Below, piece by piece: positions 8,487 through 16,730 of a stretch of DNA of 21,429 bases (the first letter of the stretch is position 1; every line of letters begins with the position of its first letter). The notes beneath the pieces are model-generated. The model was not told the origin of the DNA. It made no database searches and worked only from the letters and a program-made list of their open reading frames with translations. Source of the stretch: Armatimonadota bacterium (GTDB taxonomy: Bacteria > Sysuimicrobiota > Sysuimicrobiia > Sysuimicrobiales > Kaftiobacteriaceae); contig JBBIUY010000024.1 of the NCBI GenBank assembly GCA_037440005.1, positions 1 through 21,429 on the forward strand, written 5' to 3'. The position numbers were made by a program, and so were the translations under genes.

Positions 8487-9814
8487 GGCATCCTCCTTTC
8501 TGTGGGGATCGCAGGCCGGCCCACGGCCACCTCGGGCGGACGCACGGCGGCCGGACGGCCGACGGACGCCAGCGCCGCCGCCAGCACCCCCACCTCCACC
8601 GCCTGGGCCGTCACCGTGGCGACCGCCGCCAGGACAACGCCCGGGACCTGCGCCCAGGCGCCCGCGGCCAGCACCGCGATCAGGGCGGCCAGGTAGGCGG
8701 TCATGGCATGCTGCACCCAGGAGGTCCGGTGGCGGTGGATCAACAGCCCCCGCAGCAGATTGCGCACCGCCAGCAGCAGCGGCAGCGGCAGCAGCCACCG
8801 CACGCCGGCGGCGGCGAGAGGCTCCAGGGTGGCCGGCAGGCGCACCAGAAACCGCAGATAGGCGTCCAGGATGGGTGTGAAAGCGACCACTGCCAGGACG
8901 GAGGCAAAGACCACCCCTGCCGCCGTCACAAAGCGCTCCACCCTCTTCTCTGCGGCCCCGCTCCCGGCCAGCGCCACCACCATCTCTTGAAACGCCATCA
9001 CGGCGCTGCACAGCAGCATCACCAGCCCCGACGCCACCGGCCAGGCGGCCAGCGACGGGCCGGCGGATGTCGCCCGGGCGATGCCGGCCGTGGTGACCGG
9101 CCGGGAGGCCACCCGCATGACGTCGGTGGCGGCCAGGGGCAGGTAGAAGCGCCAGATCCGCCGCAGGGTCAGCCCGCGGGCGTTGCCGGGCGGCAGCCCG
9201 CGAATCACCGGACGGGCCCACCGGGTGGCCAGCGCGGCTTCCACCACCACGCTGGCGGACAGGGCCACGGCCCCCAGGGTTGCCCCGGGCAGCGCCGGCC
9301 AGCGGGTACCGGCCGCCACCACGGCGGCCAGCGCGGCCAGCCGGCCCGCGGTCCCGTAGGTGATGAGGCGCGGGTGGCCACTCGCCAGCAGAGGCCCCTG
9401 GTGGAACCGCCGCCAGGCGATGGCCGGCACCCAGGGCAGCAGCCAGCGCAGCGCCTGCGCCGCGTGCCCGGCCACATCGGGAGGGACGCCCACGACATGG
9501 AGCAGGACCAGCCGTCCCAGGGGCGTGAACGTCGCCGCAGCGAAGATCGCCGTGAGCACGCCGCTGAACGTCAGCATGAACCGCCGCAGCAAGTGGTAGC
9601 TCTCCTGGTCCCGGGCCAGGGCCACCGACGCGGAGAACATCATGATGATGGGGCTTTCCACCAGCACGGCCAGGTCCTGGGTGACCCCAAAGGCGGCCAG
9701 GTGGACTGCGGCGTCGGGGAGGCGGCTGATGCCTGCGGCCACCACCGGCTGCGCCGCCGCCATCATCGCCCAGCTCAGCGCCAGCGGCAGCCAGATCGCC
9801 AGCAGGTCAGTCAT
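8483..9814 (-). CDS. MATE/MOP-superfamily-like (ANKH-like) multipass membrane protein, 443 aa
   Basis: ATG 9814 overlaps the end of the permease gene. About 12 hydrophobic segments in two similar halves (IWLPLALSW...ISRL...LAAF and FYLPLAATD...IAR...LAAW). Confidence 0.7.
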   Translation of the reverse strand: MTDLLAIWLPLALSWAMMAAAQPVVAAGISRLPDAAVHLAAFGVTQDLAVLVESPIIMMFSASVALARDQESYHLLRRFMLTFSGVLTAIFAAATFTPLGRLVLLHVVGVPPDVAGHAAQALRWLLPWVPAIAWRRFHQGPLLASGHPRLITYGTAGRLAALAAVVAAGTRWPALPGATLGAVALSASVVVEAALATRWARPVIRGLPPGNARGLTLRRIWRFYLPLAATDVMRVASRPVTTAGIARATSAGPSLAAWPVASGLVMLLCSAVMAFQEMVVALAGSGAAEKRVERFVTAAGVVFASVLAVVAFTPILDAYLRFLVRLPATLEPLAAAGVRWLLPLPLLLAVRNLLRGLLIHRHRTSWVQHAMTAYLAALIAVLAAGAWAQVPGVVLAAVATVTAQAVEVGVLAAALASVGRPAAVRPPEVAVGRPAIPTERRMP

Positions 9815-10733
9815 ACCGGATGCGGGGATCCAGGAAGCCGTAGAGCAGGTCGACGGCCAAGTTGACCCCCACGTACACCAGGGCGATGACCAAGACGCCG
9901 CCCTGCACCACGGGAAAGTCCCGGCTCTGGATGCCCTCCACCAGCAGGCGGCCCACCCCCTGGCGGGCGAACACCGACTCCACAATCACCGTGCCGGCCA
10001 GCAGACTGCCGAACTGCAGCCCCAGGACCGTGACAACCGGAATCAGCGACGCCCGCAGGGCGTGGCGGCCGATGACCGCCCTCTCGGCCAGCCCCTTGGC
10101 CCGGGCGGTGCGCACGTAGTCCTCCCCCAGGGCCTCGATGAGGCTGCTGCGCACCATCCGGGCGATGATGGCCGCTGCCTGGACGCCCAGGGTCACGGCC
10201 GGCAGGACGAGCCGGGACAGTCCCGGCCCGCTGGCGATGGGCAGCCAGCCCAGGCGGATGGCGAACACGTAAATGAGGAGAAAGCCCAGCCAGAACGAGG
10301 GCATGGACACCCCCGCCAGGGCCCCCACCATGGTGAGGTTGTCCACCAGGCTGCCCCGGCGCACGGCGGCCACCACCCCCAGAGTCCCGCCCAGCACCAC
10401 GGCGCAGCCCAGCGCCGCCACCGCCAGCTGGACGGTGGGCGGGAACTTCTGGCGGATCAGCGCGGCCACCGGCTGGTGCCCCCAGATGGACCGCCCCAGG
10501 TCTCCGGCCGCCAGGCGGCGCAGGTAGTTCCAGTACTGCACCGGCAGCGGGTCGGTCAGCCCCAGGCTCCGCCGGATCTGGGCGATCTGCTCGGAGGTGG
10601 CGCCGCCGCTTTCCACGAACATGGCCAGCACCGGGTCGCCCGGCACCAGGTGGAGCATGGAGAAGGTGAGCACGCTCACCCCCAGCACCACCGGAACCGC
10701 CATCAACGTCCGCCGGGCCACGTAGCGCGCCAC
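9807..10733 (-). CDS. ABC transporter permease, DppB/OppB family
   Basis: MARYVARR, LVPGDP, GLTDPLPVQY, GDLGRS, SMPSFWLG, EDYVRTARAKGL, VDLLYGFLDPRI. Confidence 0.95.
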   Translation of the reverse strand: MARYVARRTLMAVPVVLGVSVLTFSMLHLVPGDPVLAMFVESGGATSEQIAQIRRSLGLTDPLPVQYWNYLRRLAAGDLGRSIWGHQPVAALIRQKFPPTVQLAVAALGCAVVLGGTLGVVAAVRRGSLVDNLTMVGALAGVSMPSFWLGFLLIYVFAIRLGWLPIASGPGLSRLVLPAVTLGVQAAAIIARMVRSSLIEALGEDYVRTARAKGLAERAVIGRHALRASLIPVVTVLGLQFGSLLAGTVIVESVFARQGVGRLLVEGIQSRDFPVVQGGVLVIALVYVGVNLAVDLLYGFLDPRIRYD

Positions 10734-10754
10734 GGACGCCTGGCCCTCCCGGCC

Positions 10755-12371
10755 TCACCGCCTCAGCCAGGTGGTGGCGAAGTAGGGGAACCCCACCTCG
10801 TTGAACAGCAGCCCCTCCACCGACGTGCGGGCGGCGAAGACGTAGTCCTGCTCCCAGGCCATGACCCCGATGGCGTTCTGGACGACCAGCCGCATGGCGG
10901 CGATCAGGTTCGTCCACCGCTCGGCGGGATCGCTGGCCGCGCCGGCCGCGTCCAGCAACCGGTCCAGCTCCGGGCTGGTGAACCCGTACCAGTTGTAGAC
11001 CGATCCGGACCGGAAGAACTCGCTCAGCATCCCGTGGGGGTCGTACCCCGAGTCGCTGATGATGGTGGACCCGAAGTCGCCCTTGCTCACGGTGCCGACC
11101 CAGAAGTTGAAGTCGCCCACCCGGAACCGCATCTCGATGCCCACCTGGCGGAGCATGGCCTGCAGGGGCTGGGACCAGACCACGTCGGCGTCGTTGATCA
11201 CGTGGTCGATGACCAGCCGCTCTCCCCCTCGCACGCGGATGCCGTCGGGCCCCACCCGCCACCCCGCCTCCTCCAGCAGCTGGCGCGCCCGCTCCACGTC
11301 GTACGGGTAGTCCAGGGCCCGCAGCCGGTTGTACTCGGGCAGAAACGCCCGGGGGACCATGTTGGACGGCAGCGGCGCGAACGCCGGCCGGCCGATGCCC
11401 GCCCAGGCGGGCAGCTTGATCAGCAGGGGCTTGTTGATGGCGTGGTTGATGGCCCGGCGCACCCGCAGGTCGGCCGTGGGGCCCCGGGCGGTGTTCAACA
11501 GCAGCATGCGGGTGGTGCCCGCCTTGGGCACCAGCATGATCTTCACCCCCGGCTTCCCCTGCAGGCCGGCCACGTCGGTCTCGGTGATCTGAGCGATGTG
11601 GGTCTCGCCGGTCTCCACCGAGGCGGCCCGGGACGTGGCTTCGGGGATGTCCTGGTAGACCAGGCGGTCCAGATACGCCGGACCCGTGTGGCCGAACACC
11701 GCCGCGCCCCATCGGTAGTCGGGGTTGCGTTCCAGGACGATGCGGTCGCCCTTGACCCACTGCACCAGCCGGAACGGTCCGGTGCCCACCAGCGCCGTGT
11801 TGCCGTAGTCGTCCCCGTACCGCCGGAGCGCCGCCGGCGAGTCCATCCCCATCCCGCCGTCGGACAGGTAGGTCAGAAAGGACCCGAACGGTTCCCGGAA
11901 GATCACCCGCACCGTGTACTCGTCCACCACCTCGGCCTTCAGGAACAGCGGTCCTCCCGACGCCAGGTACCGGAACCCCCGCCGGGGCCGGTCGGGGGAC
12001 ATGGTCCAGTCGAAGTTGGCCTTCACCGCCTCGGCGTTAAACGGGGTGCCGTCGTGGAAGCGGACGCCGCGCTTCAGGCGGAAGGTGTAGATGCGGCCGC
12101 CGGCCGTGATGGTCCAGGACTCGGCCAGCCAGGAGTGCACGGTGCCGTCGGACGGGTTCACCGCCACCAGGTTGTCCAGCACGTGCCGGGCCACCATGCG
12201 GCAGGGCGTGTTGTTGGACAGGTGTTGGTTGAGGGTATCCGCGCAGGCCCGGCGCAGGGCGTGCACCAGCGTGCCGCCCCGCTGGGCCTGGGCCGCCACC
12301 GGCGCGGCGGCCGCCGCCAGGACGACCACTCCCGCCAGCGCCACCAGCCGTCGCATCATGGGTGCCTCCAT
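10755..12371 (-). CDS. ABC transporter substrate-binding protein, family 5
   Basis: Signal peptide, RGGTL, WLAESW, FRLKRGVRFHDGTPFNAEAVK, GTGPF, LERNPDY, VRRAINHAIN. The start may instead be ATG 12359. Confidence 0.95.
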   Translation of the reverse strand: MEAPMMRRLVALAGVVVLAAAAAPVAAQAQRGGTLVHALRRACADTLNQHLSNNTPCRMVARHVLDNLVAVNPSDGTVHSWLAESWTITAGGRIYTFRLKRGVRFHDGTPFNAEAVKANFDWTMSPDRPRRGFRYLASGGPLFLKAEVVDEYTVRVIFREPFGSFLTYLSDGGMGMDSPAALRRYGDDYGNTALVGTGPFRLVQWVKGDRIVLERNPDYRWGAAVFGHTGPAYLDRLVYQDIPEATSRAASVETGETHIAQITETDVAGLQGKPGVKIMLVPKAGTTRMLLLNTARGPTADLRVRRAINHAINKPLLIKLPAWAGIGRPAFAPLPSNMVPRAFLPEYNRLRALDYPYDVERARQLLEEAGWRVGPDGIRVRGGERLVIDHVINDADVVWSQPLQAMLRQVGIEMRFRVGDFNFWVGTVSKGDFGSTIISDSGYDPHGMLSEFFRSGSVYNWYGFTSPELDRLLDAAGAASDPAERWTNLIAAMRLVVQNAIGVMAWEQDYVFAARTSVEGLLFNEVGFPYFATTWLRR

Positions 12372-12414
12372 CGCCTCTCCCTCCTCCGCGTGTCCGTCTG
12401 TCCGGCCCGGGGCG

Positions 12415-13308
12415 TCAGCCGCGCCGCAGGCGCGGGTCCAGCGCGTCCCGCAAGCCGTCTCCCAGCATGTTCATCGCCAGCACCGTGAGCATGATGGCCA
12501 GCCCCGGGAATGTCGTCACCCACCAGGCCTGCCGCAGGAACGCGCGTCCCAGAGACAGCATGGCCCCCCACTCGGGAGTGGGAGGCTGCGCGCCCAGGCC
12601 CAAGAAGGACAGGCCGGAGGCCGTCAGGATGGCTCCGGCCAGCCCCAGGGTGGCCAGCACGATCACCGACGGCAGCACGTTGGGCAGGATGTAGCGGGCC
12701 AGAATCCGCCCGGTGGTGCACCCCACGGCCCGCGCCCCGGTCACGTAGTCCATCTCCCGCACCGCCAGCGTCTGCGCCCGGGTGACCCGGGTGAACGCCG
12801 GCATGCCCGCGATGCCCACCGCGATCATGACGTTGAACAGACCGGGCCCCAGCACGGCCACGATGGCCAGGGCCAGCAGGATGCCCGGGAAGGCCAGCAG
12901 CAGGTCCATCGTCCGCAGGATGACCTCGCCCGCCAGCCCGCCCGCGTACCCGCTCACCAGTCCCAAGAGCACCCCGCCCGCCCCGGCGATTCCCACCGAG
13001 ATGAGCCCCACGCTCAGCGAGATTCTCGCTCCGTAGATGACCCGGCTCAGGATGTCGCGCCCCACCTCGTCGGTGCCCCACGGGTGCGCCCGGGAAGGCG
13101 GGTGGAGGGCCGCGAGCAGATCCTGGTGGATCGGGTCGTAGGGAGCGATCCACGGAGCGCCCACCGCCGTCACCACCTCCGCCAGCAACAAGACCAGCCC
13201 GGCCATGGCCCCCCGGTTCCGGCGCAGCTGGGCCGCCACCACGCCCGCGTAGGTGCGCGGCCGGCGCACGGCCGCAGGGGCCGGGACGAACACACCCTCC
13301 GCGCTCAC
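12415..13308 (-). CDS. ABC transporter permease, DppC/OppC family
   Basis: GTG 13308 overlaps the M24 stop (GTGA). APYDP, HPWGTDEVGRDILSRVIYGARISL, ILPN, SFLGLGAQPPTPEWG, GDGLRDALDPR. The ORF-track extension to 14121 is an off-frame overlap with the M24 gene. Confidence 0.95.
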   Translation of the reverse strand: MSAEGVFVPAPAAVRRPRTYAGVVAAQLRRNRGAMAGLVLLLAEVVTAVGAPWIAPYDPIHQDLLAALHPPSRAHPWGTDEVGRDILSRVIYGARISLSVGLISVGIAGAGGVLLGLVSGYAGGLAGEVILRTMDLLLAFPGILLALAIVAVLGPGLFNVMIAVGIAGMPAFTRVTRAQTLAVREMDYVTGARAVGCTTGRILARYILPNVLPSVIVLATLGLAGAILTASGLSFLGLGAQPPTPEWGAMLSLGRAFLRQAWWVTTFPGLAIMLTVLAMNMLGDGLRDALDPRLRRG

Positions 13309-14642
13309 GACGGAATCGCGATCAGCTCCTGCTGCGGCGGGGCGAAGTACTCCACGCCGTGGTCGTGGAGCCTGACGTCCTCCTCGATCCCCACGAACAC
13401 CGCCCGCCCCTGCCACTCGGGCACCGGCACGTAGACGCCCAGCTCCACCGAATACCACTGGCCGGCCTCCAGCGGGTACCCGACCCGGTCTCCGTAGGCG
13501 GTGGGCCAGTTGACGGCGATGCGGGCGCCGATGTCGTGGGTGGCGTTGCCGACCGAGTGACAGTAGATCCCCGCCCGCCGGGTGGTCACCGTCCCCCGCC
13601 GGCCGCCGGCGGCGGGGTACATGACCTCGTAGCCGCGCCCGGCGGCCCACGCCATCGCCGCCTCCCACACCCGGTGGGCGATCTCGCCCGGCCGCATCAG
13701 CTCCACCAGCCGGTCCCGCAGGGCCACGGCCTCGGCAAACGCCTCCCGCAGGCCGGGAGGAGGGCGGTCCTCGCCCGGCCGCAGGACGTAGGCGGTGCGC
13801 TGGTAGTCGGACCGGTACAGGTCGAAGGCCAGCCCGGCGTCCAGGGTGACCACGTCCCCGGGGAGGATGGGGTCCCGGGCGGAGTTGACCGGCAGGTGCT
13901 CCCCCGCCCGCTGGATCCGCAGGCCCGGGAGAAACTCCACCTCCAGCCCCAGCCGCCGCGCCGCGTCCCGCATCCACCAGTGCACGTCGGCGGTGGTGGT
14001 GACGCCCGGCCAGACGACCCGTCGGCTGAGGGCAGCGGCACACCAGGCCACGGTCCACTGGCACAGGCGCCGGTAGACGGCGTCCTCCTCCGGCAGCCGC
14101 GTGGCCCGGAAGTCCCGGCACAGCAACTCGGCGCTGACGAGCCGCGCGGCGTACCGCGGGCCCAGGACCTCTTGCAGGAAGTCCCGCAGGGTCGCGCTGA
14201 GCCCGTCGGCCATGGGCAGGGTGCGGGAGGTGTTGATTCCGATGCGCCGGGGATCCCGCTCGTCCACCGCGCGGCGCAGATGGGGGGCGAGGCCCTCCTG
14301 GCTGTACCCGTAGTAGATGACCTGGTCATAGACCTCCGCAAACAGGTCTTCCCGGTGTTCGTGGGACCCGATGAAGATCTTCTCGGGCCGGTCCCCGCCC
14401 CGGTCCGCGAACAGGTACGCGTTGCGGACTCCCGGCCAGCCGCCGCCCAGCTCGGCCAGCATCGGATCCGGGTGGAACTCCCGGCACAGGACCAGCCACA
14501 GGTCGATCCCATGCCGGCGCATGGCCGGCAGCAGCACCGTGTCGAGCTTGCGGCCGATGATCGCCTTGCGCAGGGCGTAGCGCTCGCGCTCGGCGGGAAT
14601 GCCCAGCGCCCCCGGCGTCAGCACGTGGTCTCCGACCGTCAC
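13305..14642 (-). CDS. M24 family metallopeptidase (Xaa-Pro peptidase-like), cytoplasmic
   Basis: Pita-bread-fold metal ligands present in order: LDAG (D), SDYQRT (D), HSVGNATHD (H), YSVE (E), IEED (E). N-terminal MRRHGIDLWLV. No signal peptide. Confidence 0.9.
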   Translation of the reverse strand: MTVGDHVLTPGALGIPAERERYALRKAIIGRKLDTVLLPAMRRHGIDLWLVLCREFHPDPMLAELGGGWPGVRNAYLFADRGGDRPEKIFIGSHEHREDLFAEVYDQVIYYGYSQEGLAPHLRRAVDERDPRRIGINTSRTLPMADGLSATLRDFLQEVLGPRYAARLVSAELLCRDFRATRLPEEDAVYRRLCQWTVAWCAAALSRRVVWPGVTTTADVHWWMRDAARRLGLEVEFLPGLRIQRAGEHLPVNSARDPILPGDVVTLDAGLAFDLYRSDYQRTAYVLRPGEDRPPPGLREAFAEAVALRDRLVELMRPGEIAHRVWEAAMAWAAGRGYEVMYPAAGGRRGTVTTRRAGIYCHSVGNATHDIGARIAVNWPTAYGDRVGYPLEAGQWYSVELGVYVPVPEWQGRAVFVGIEEDVRLHDHGVEYFAPPQQELIAIPS

Positions 14643-14820
14643 ACGATCACCGTTCGCTCGTCAAACCGCGGCGGCCGGGCGGGGGGCGCGTCGTCCCTCC
14701 CGTCGGGATGCACACAGGTACAGCGACGCGCGACCTGTGGCAGCGCGCCGCCGCCGGCCATCCCCCGCCGCCCCGGTGGACCGCCCATCGCCGGATCGCC
14801 CCATTGTGTCCCCGGCTCCG

Positions 14821-14870
14821 TGCTAGAATGTCAAATAACAACTCCCGATACGGGTATCAGATGCGTTTAT
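14821..14870. promoter_or_regulatory. Divergent LysR control region: extended -10, overlapping opposite-strand -35, two T-N11-A boxes
   Basis: + strand TGcTAGAAT (14821-14829). Minus-strand TTGACA (14834-14829). T-N11-A at 14836-14848 and 14857-14869, 21 bp apart, in a locally AT-rich island. Confidence 0.6.
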
Positions 14871-15879
14871 GAAGACCCCGCGGGTCGGCCTGCTGGACAA
14901 CCTGCACCGCCTGGTGGTCTTCCAGCGGGTGGCGCAGGCGCGCAGCTTCACCCGCGCGGCGGCGTCGCTGTACCTCTCCCAGCCGGCGGTGTCGGCCCAC
15001 ATCCGGTCCCTGGAAGAGGCGCTGGCGTGCCGCCTGTTCGACCGGACGCCCCGCGGCGTGGAGCTCACCGACGCCGGACGCACCCTCCTGGCCCACGTCA
15101 ACCGCGGCCTGCAGGCGCTGCGGACCGGCCTGCACGCCGTGGCGGCCGCCGACGGACCCGACCCCCTCGCCGTGGGCACCGTGGTCTCGGCCAGCCTCAG
15201 CCTGCTGCCTTGCATCGTGGAGCGGTTCCGCGCCCACTGCCCCGACCTGCGGGTGACCATGCGGGTGGGACGGTCGGCGGACATCGTCCGCTGGCTGCGG
15301 GAGGGAGCCGTCCACGTCGGCATCGTGGTGGCCCGTCCCTCCCGGCCCGGCATCGGCGTGCGGGTGCTCGTGGAAGAACCCGTGGTGTGCGTCGGACCGC
15401 CCACCCACCGGCTGGCCGGACGCCGGGCGGTGCCTCTAGCGGAGCTGGCCCGCGAGCTGCTCCTGCTGGCGCGGTGGGGAGACGGATTTGACGACCTGGT
15501 GCGGGCTCTGCAGGAGGCGCTGGGCGAGGAGTTCTCCCCGGCGGTGGAGGTGGACCCCGCCGATGCGGCCAAGCAGATGGTCCTTCAGGGCGTGGGCCTC
15601 GCGTTCCTGGGGGCCAGCCTGGTGCGGGCCGAGCTGGCCGCCGGCACGGTGGTGCGGATTGACGTGGCGGGCCTGCCGGCTCTGACCCGACGGGTGTACC
15701 TCATCTACCCCCGGCGGTCGCTCCCTCCCCCCGTGCGGACGTTCCTGGAGGTCGCGGTGCAGACCGTCCGGGCCGCAGGGGCGGACAGTCCGACACCCGC
15801 CACCGCCCTGTCCGGGCGGGGGCCTACAAGGACGGGCGGGCCCGCACCCACAGCAGCGGATCCACGTACACCCCGTTGA
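14869..15879 (+). CDS. LysR family transcriptional regulator
   Basis: HTH block RSFTRAAASLYLSQPAVSAHIRSLEEAL...LFDRTPRGVELTDAG, then a substrate-binding domain (AKQMVLQGVGLAFL). Divergent from the M24 operon. Confidence 0.95.
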   Translation: MKTPRVGLLDNLHRLVVFQRVAQARSFTRAAASLYLSQPAVSAHIRSLEEALACRLFDRTPRGVELTDAGRTLLAHVNRGLQALRTGLHAVAAADGPDPLAVGTVVSASLSLLPCIVERFRAHCPDLRVTMRVGRSADIVRWLREGAVHVGIVVARPSRPGIGVRVLVEEPVVCVGPPTHRLAGRRAVPLAELARELLLLARWGDGFDDLVRALQEALGEEFSPAVEVDPADAAKQMVLQGVGLAFLGASLVRAELAAGTVVRIDVAGLPALTRRVYLIYPRRSLPPPVRTFLEVAVQTVRAAGADSPTPATALSGRGPTRTGGPAPTAADPRTPR

Positions 15880-16690
15880 CCCGCAGGCCCCAGTGCAGGT
15901 GGGGGCCGGTGGCCAGGCCCGTGGCGCCCACCCGCCCCAGCAGGTCGCCGCGGCGCACCGGCCGGCCCGATGTCACCTCCAGGCGGGAGAGGTGCAGGTA
16001 GGCCGTGACGACTCCCAGGCCGTGGTCGACCAGCACGGCGTTGCCGCTCACGGGCAGCTCCTCCGCCAGGCGGACGACGCCGGCGGCGGCGGCCCTCACC
16101 GGCGTGCCCTCCGCAGCCGCCAGGTCCACGCCCCGGTGGAACCCGCGCACCTGACCCTGGTAGATGCTGAGCACGCCGTAGCGGGAGGTCAGGCGGCCGC
16201 GCACCGGAAGGTCGAACGCGCCCTCCCACAGCTGCGCGTCGCTGAGCACCCGCAGCGCCCGGGCCACCCGTCGGGCTTCGTCCTGCAGCAGGGCCGGGTC
16301 CAGCCGGGCCAGGTCGTCGGGATCCAGGGTCAGCCGCCGGCGGGCGAAGGGAACCCGCCGGACCGTCAGCGTGGCGCGGGCGAGGACGGCCGACCCGGCG
16401 GCGCCGGTCGCTTCCACAAGCACCTCCCGGCCCCCGACGGCCGTGGTGGGGTCGGTGCCCAGGTACGTCCGCCAGCGGTCCCGGTCGCGGTACAGCGGCC
16501 AGGTGCGCCCGGCGAAGCGGACCGCCAGCCGGCCGACCGGGGCCGGGCGGATCCAGACCGTGACCTCCGCCGCGCCTCCCTGGCGCACCTCCGCAGGCGC
16601 CACCCGCACGGAGACCTCCGGCGATCCGGCGGATGCGACACCGCCCAGGCCGACCGCCGCCAGCGCCGCGCTCAGGACCAACCGTCTCAT
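15824..16690 (-). CDS. Secreted M23 family metalloendopeptidase
   Basis: Signal peptide, HRGVD (HxxxD), GNAVLVDHG, YLHL, GATGLATGPHLHW (HxH), VDP. Confidence 0.93.
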   Translation of the reverse strand: MRRLVLSAALAAVGLGGVASAGSPEVSVRVAPAEVRQGGAAEVTVWIRPAPVGRLAVRFAGRTWPLYRDRDRWRTYLGTDPTTAVGGREVLVEATGAAGSAVLARATLTVRRVPFARRRLTLDPDDLARLDPALLQDEARRVARALRVLSDAQLWEGAFDLPVRGRLTSRYGVLSIYQGQVRGFHRGVDLAAAEGTPVRAAAAGVVRLAEELPVSGNAVLVDHGLGVVTAYLHLSRLEVTSGRPVRRGDLLGRVGATGLATGPHLHWGLRVNGVYVDPLLWVRARPSL

Positions 16691-16730
16691 CCCGCTTCTG
16701 CCATGCCCGCCCCCGGCGCCCCGCAGGCCG

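Noticed and set aside
8487..9221. N-terminal extension of the S9 ORF to 882 aa
   Set aside because: Overlaps the MATE-like gene in another frame. The real start is ATG 8486, with AAAGGAGG and ATGA coupling.
9642..12488. 948-aa + strand ORF
   Set aside because: Antisense to well-supported permease and SBP genes.
14647..14841. 64-aa ORF as a leader peptide of the M24 operon
   Set aside because: Starts at TTG within the promoter region, has no SD and shows no informative residue runs.
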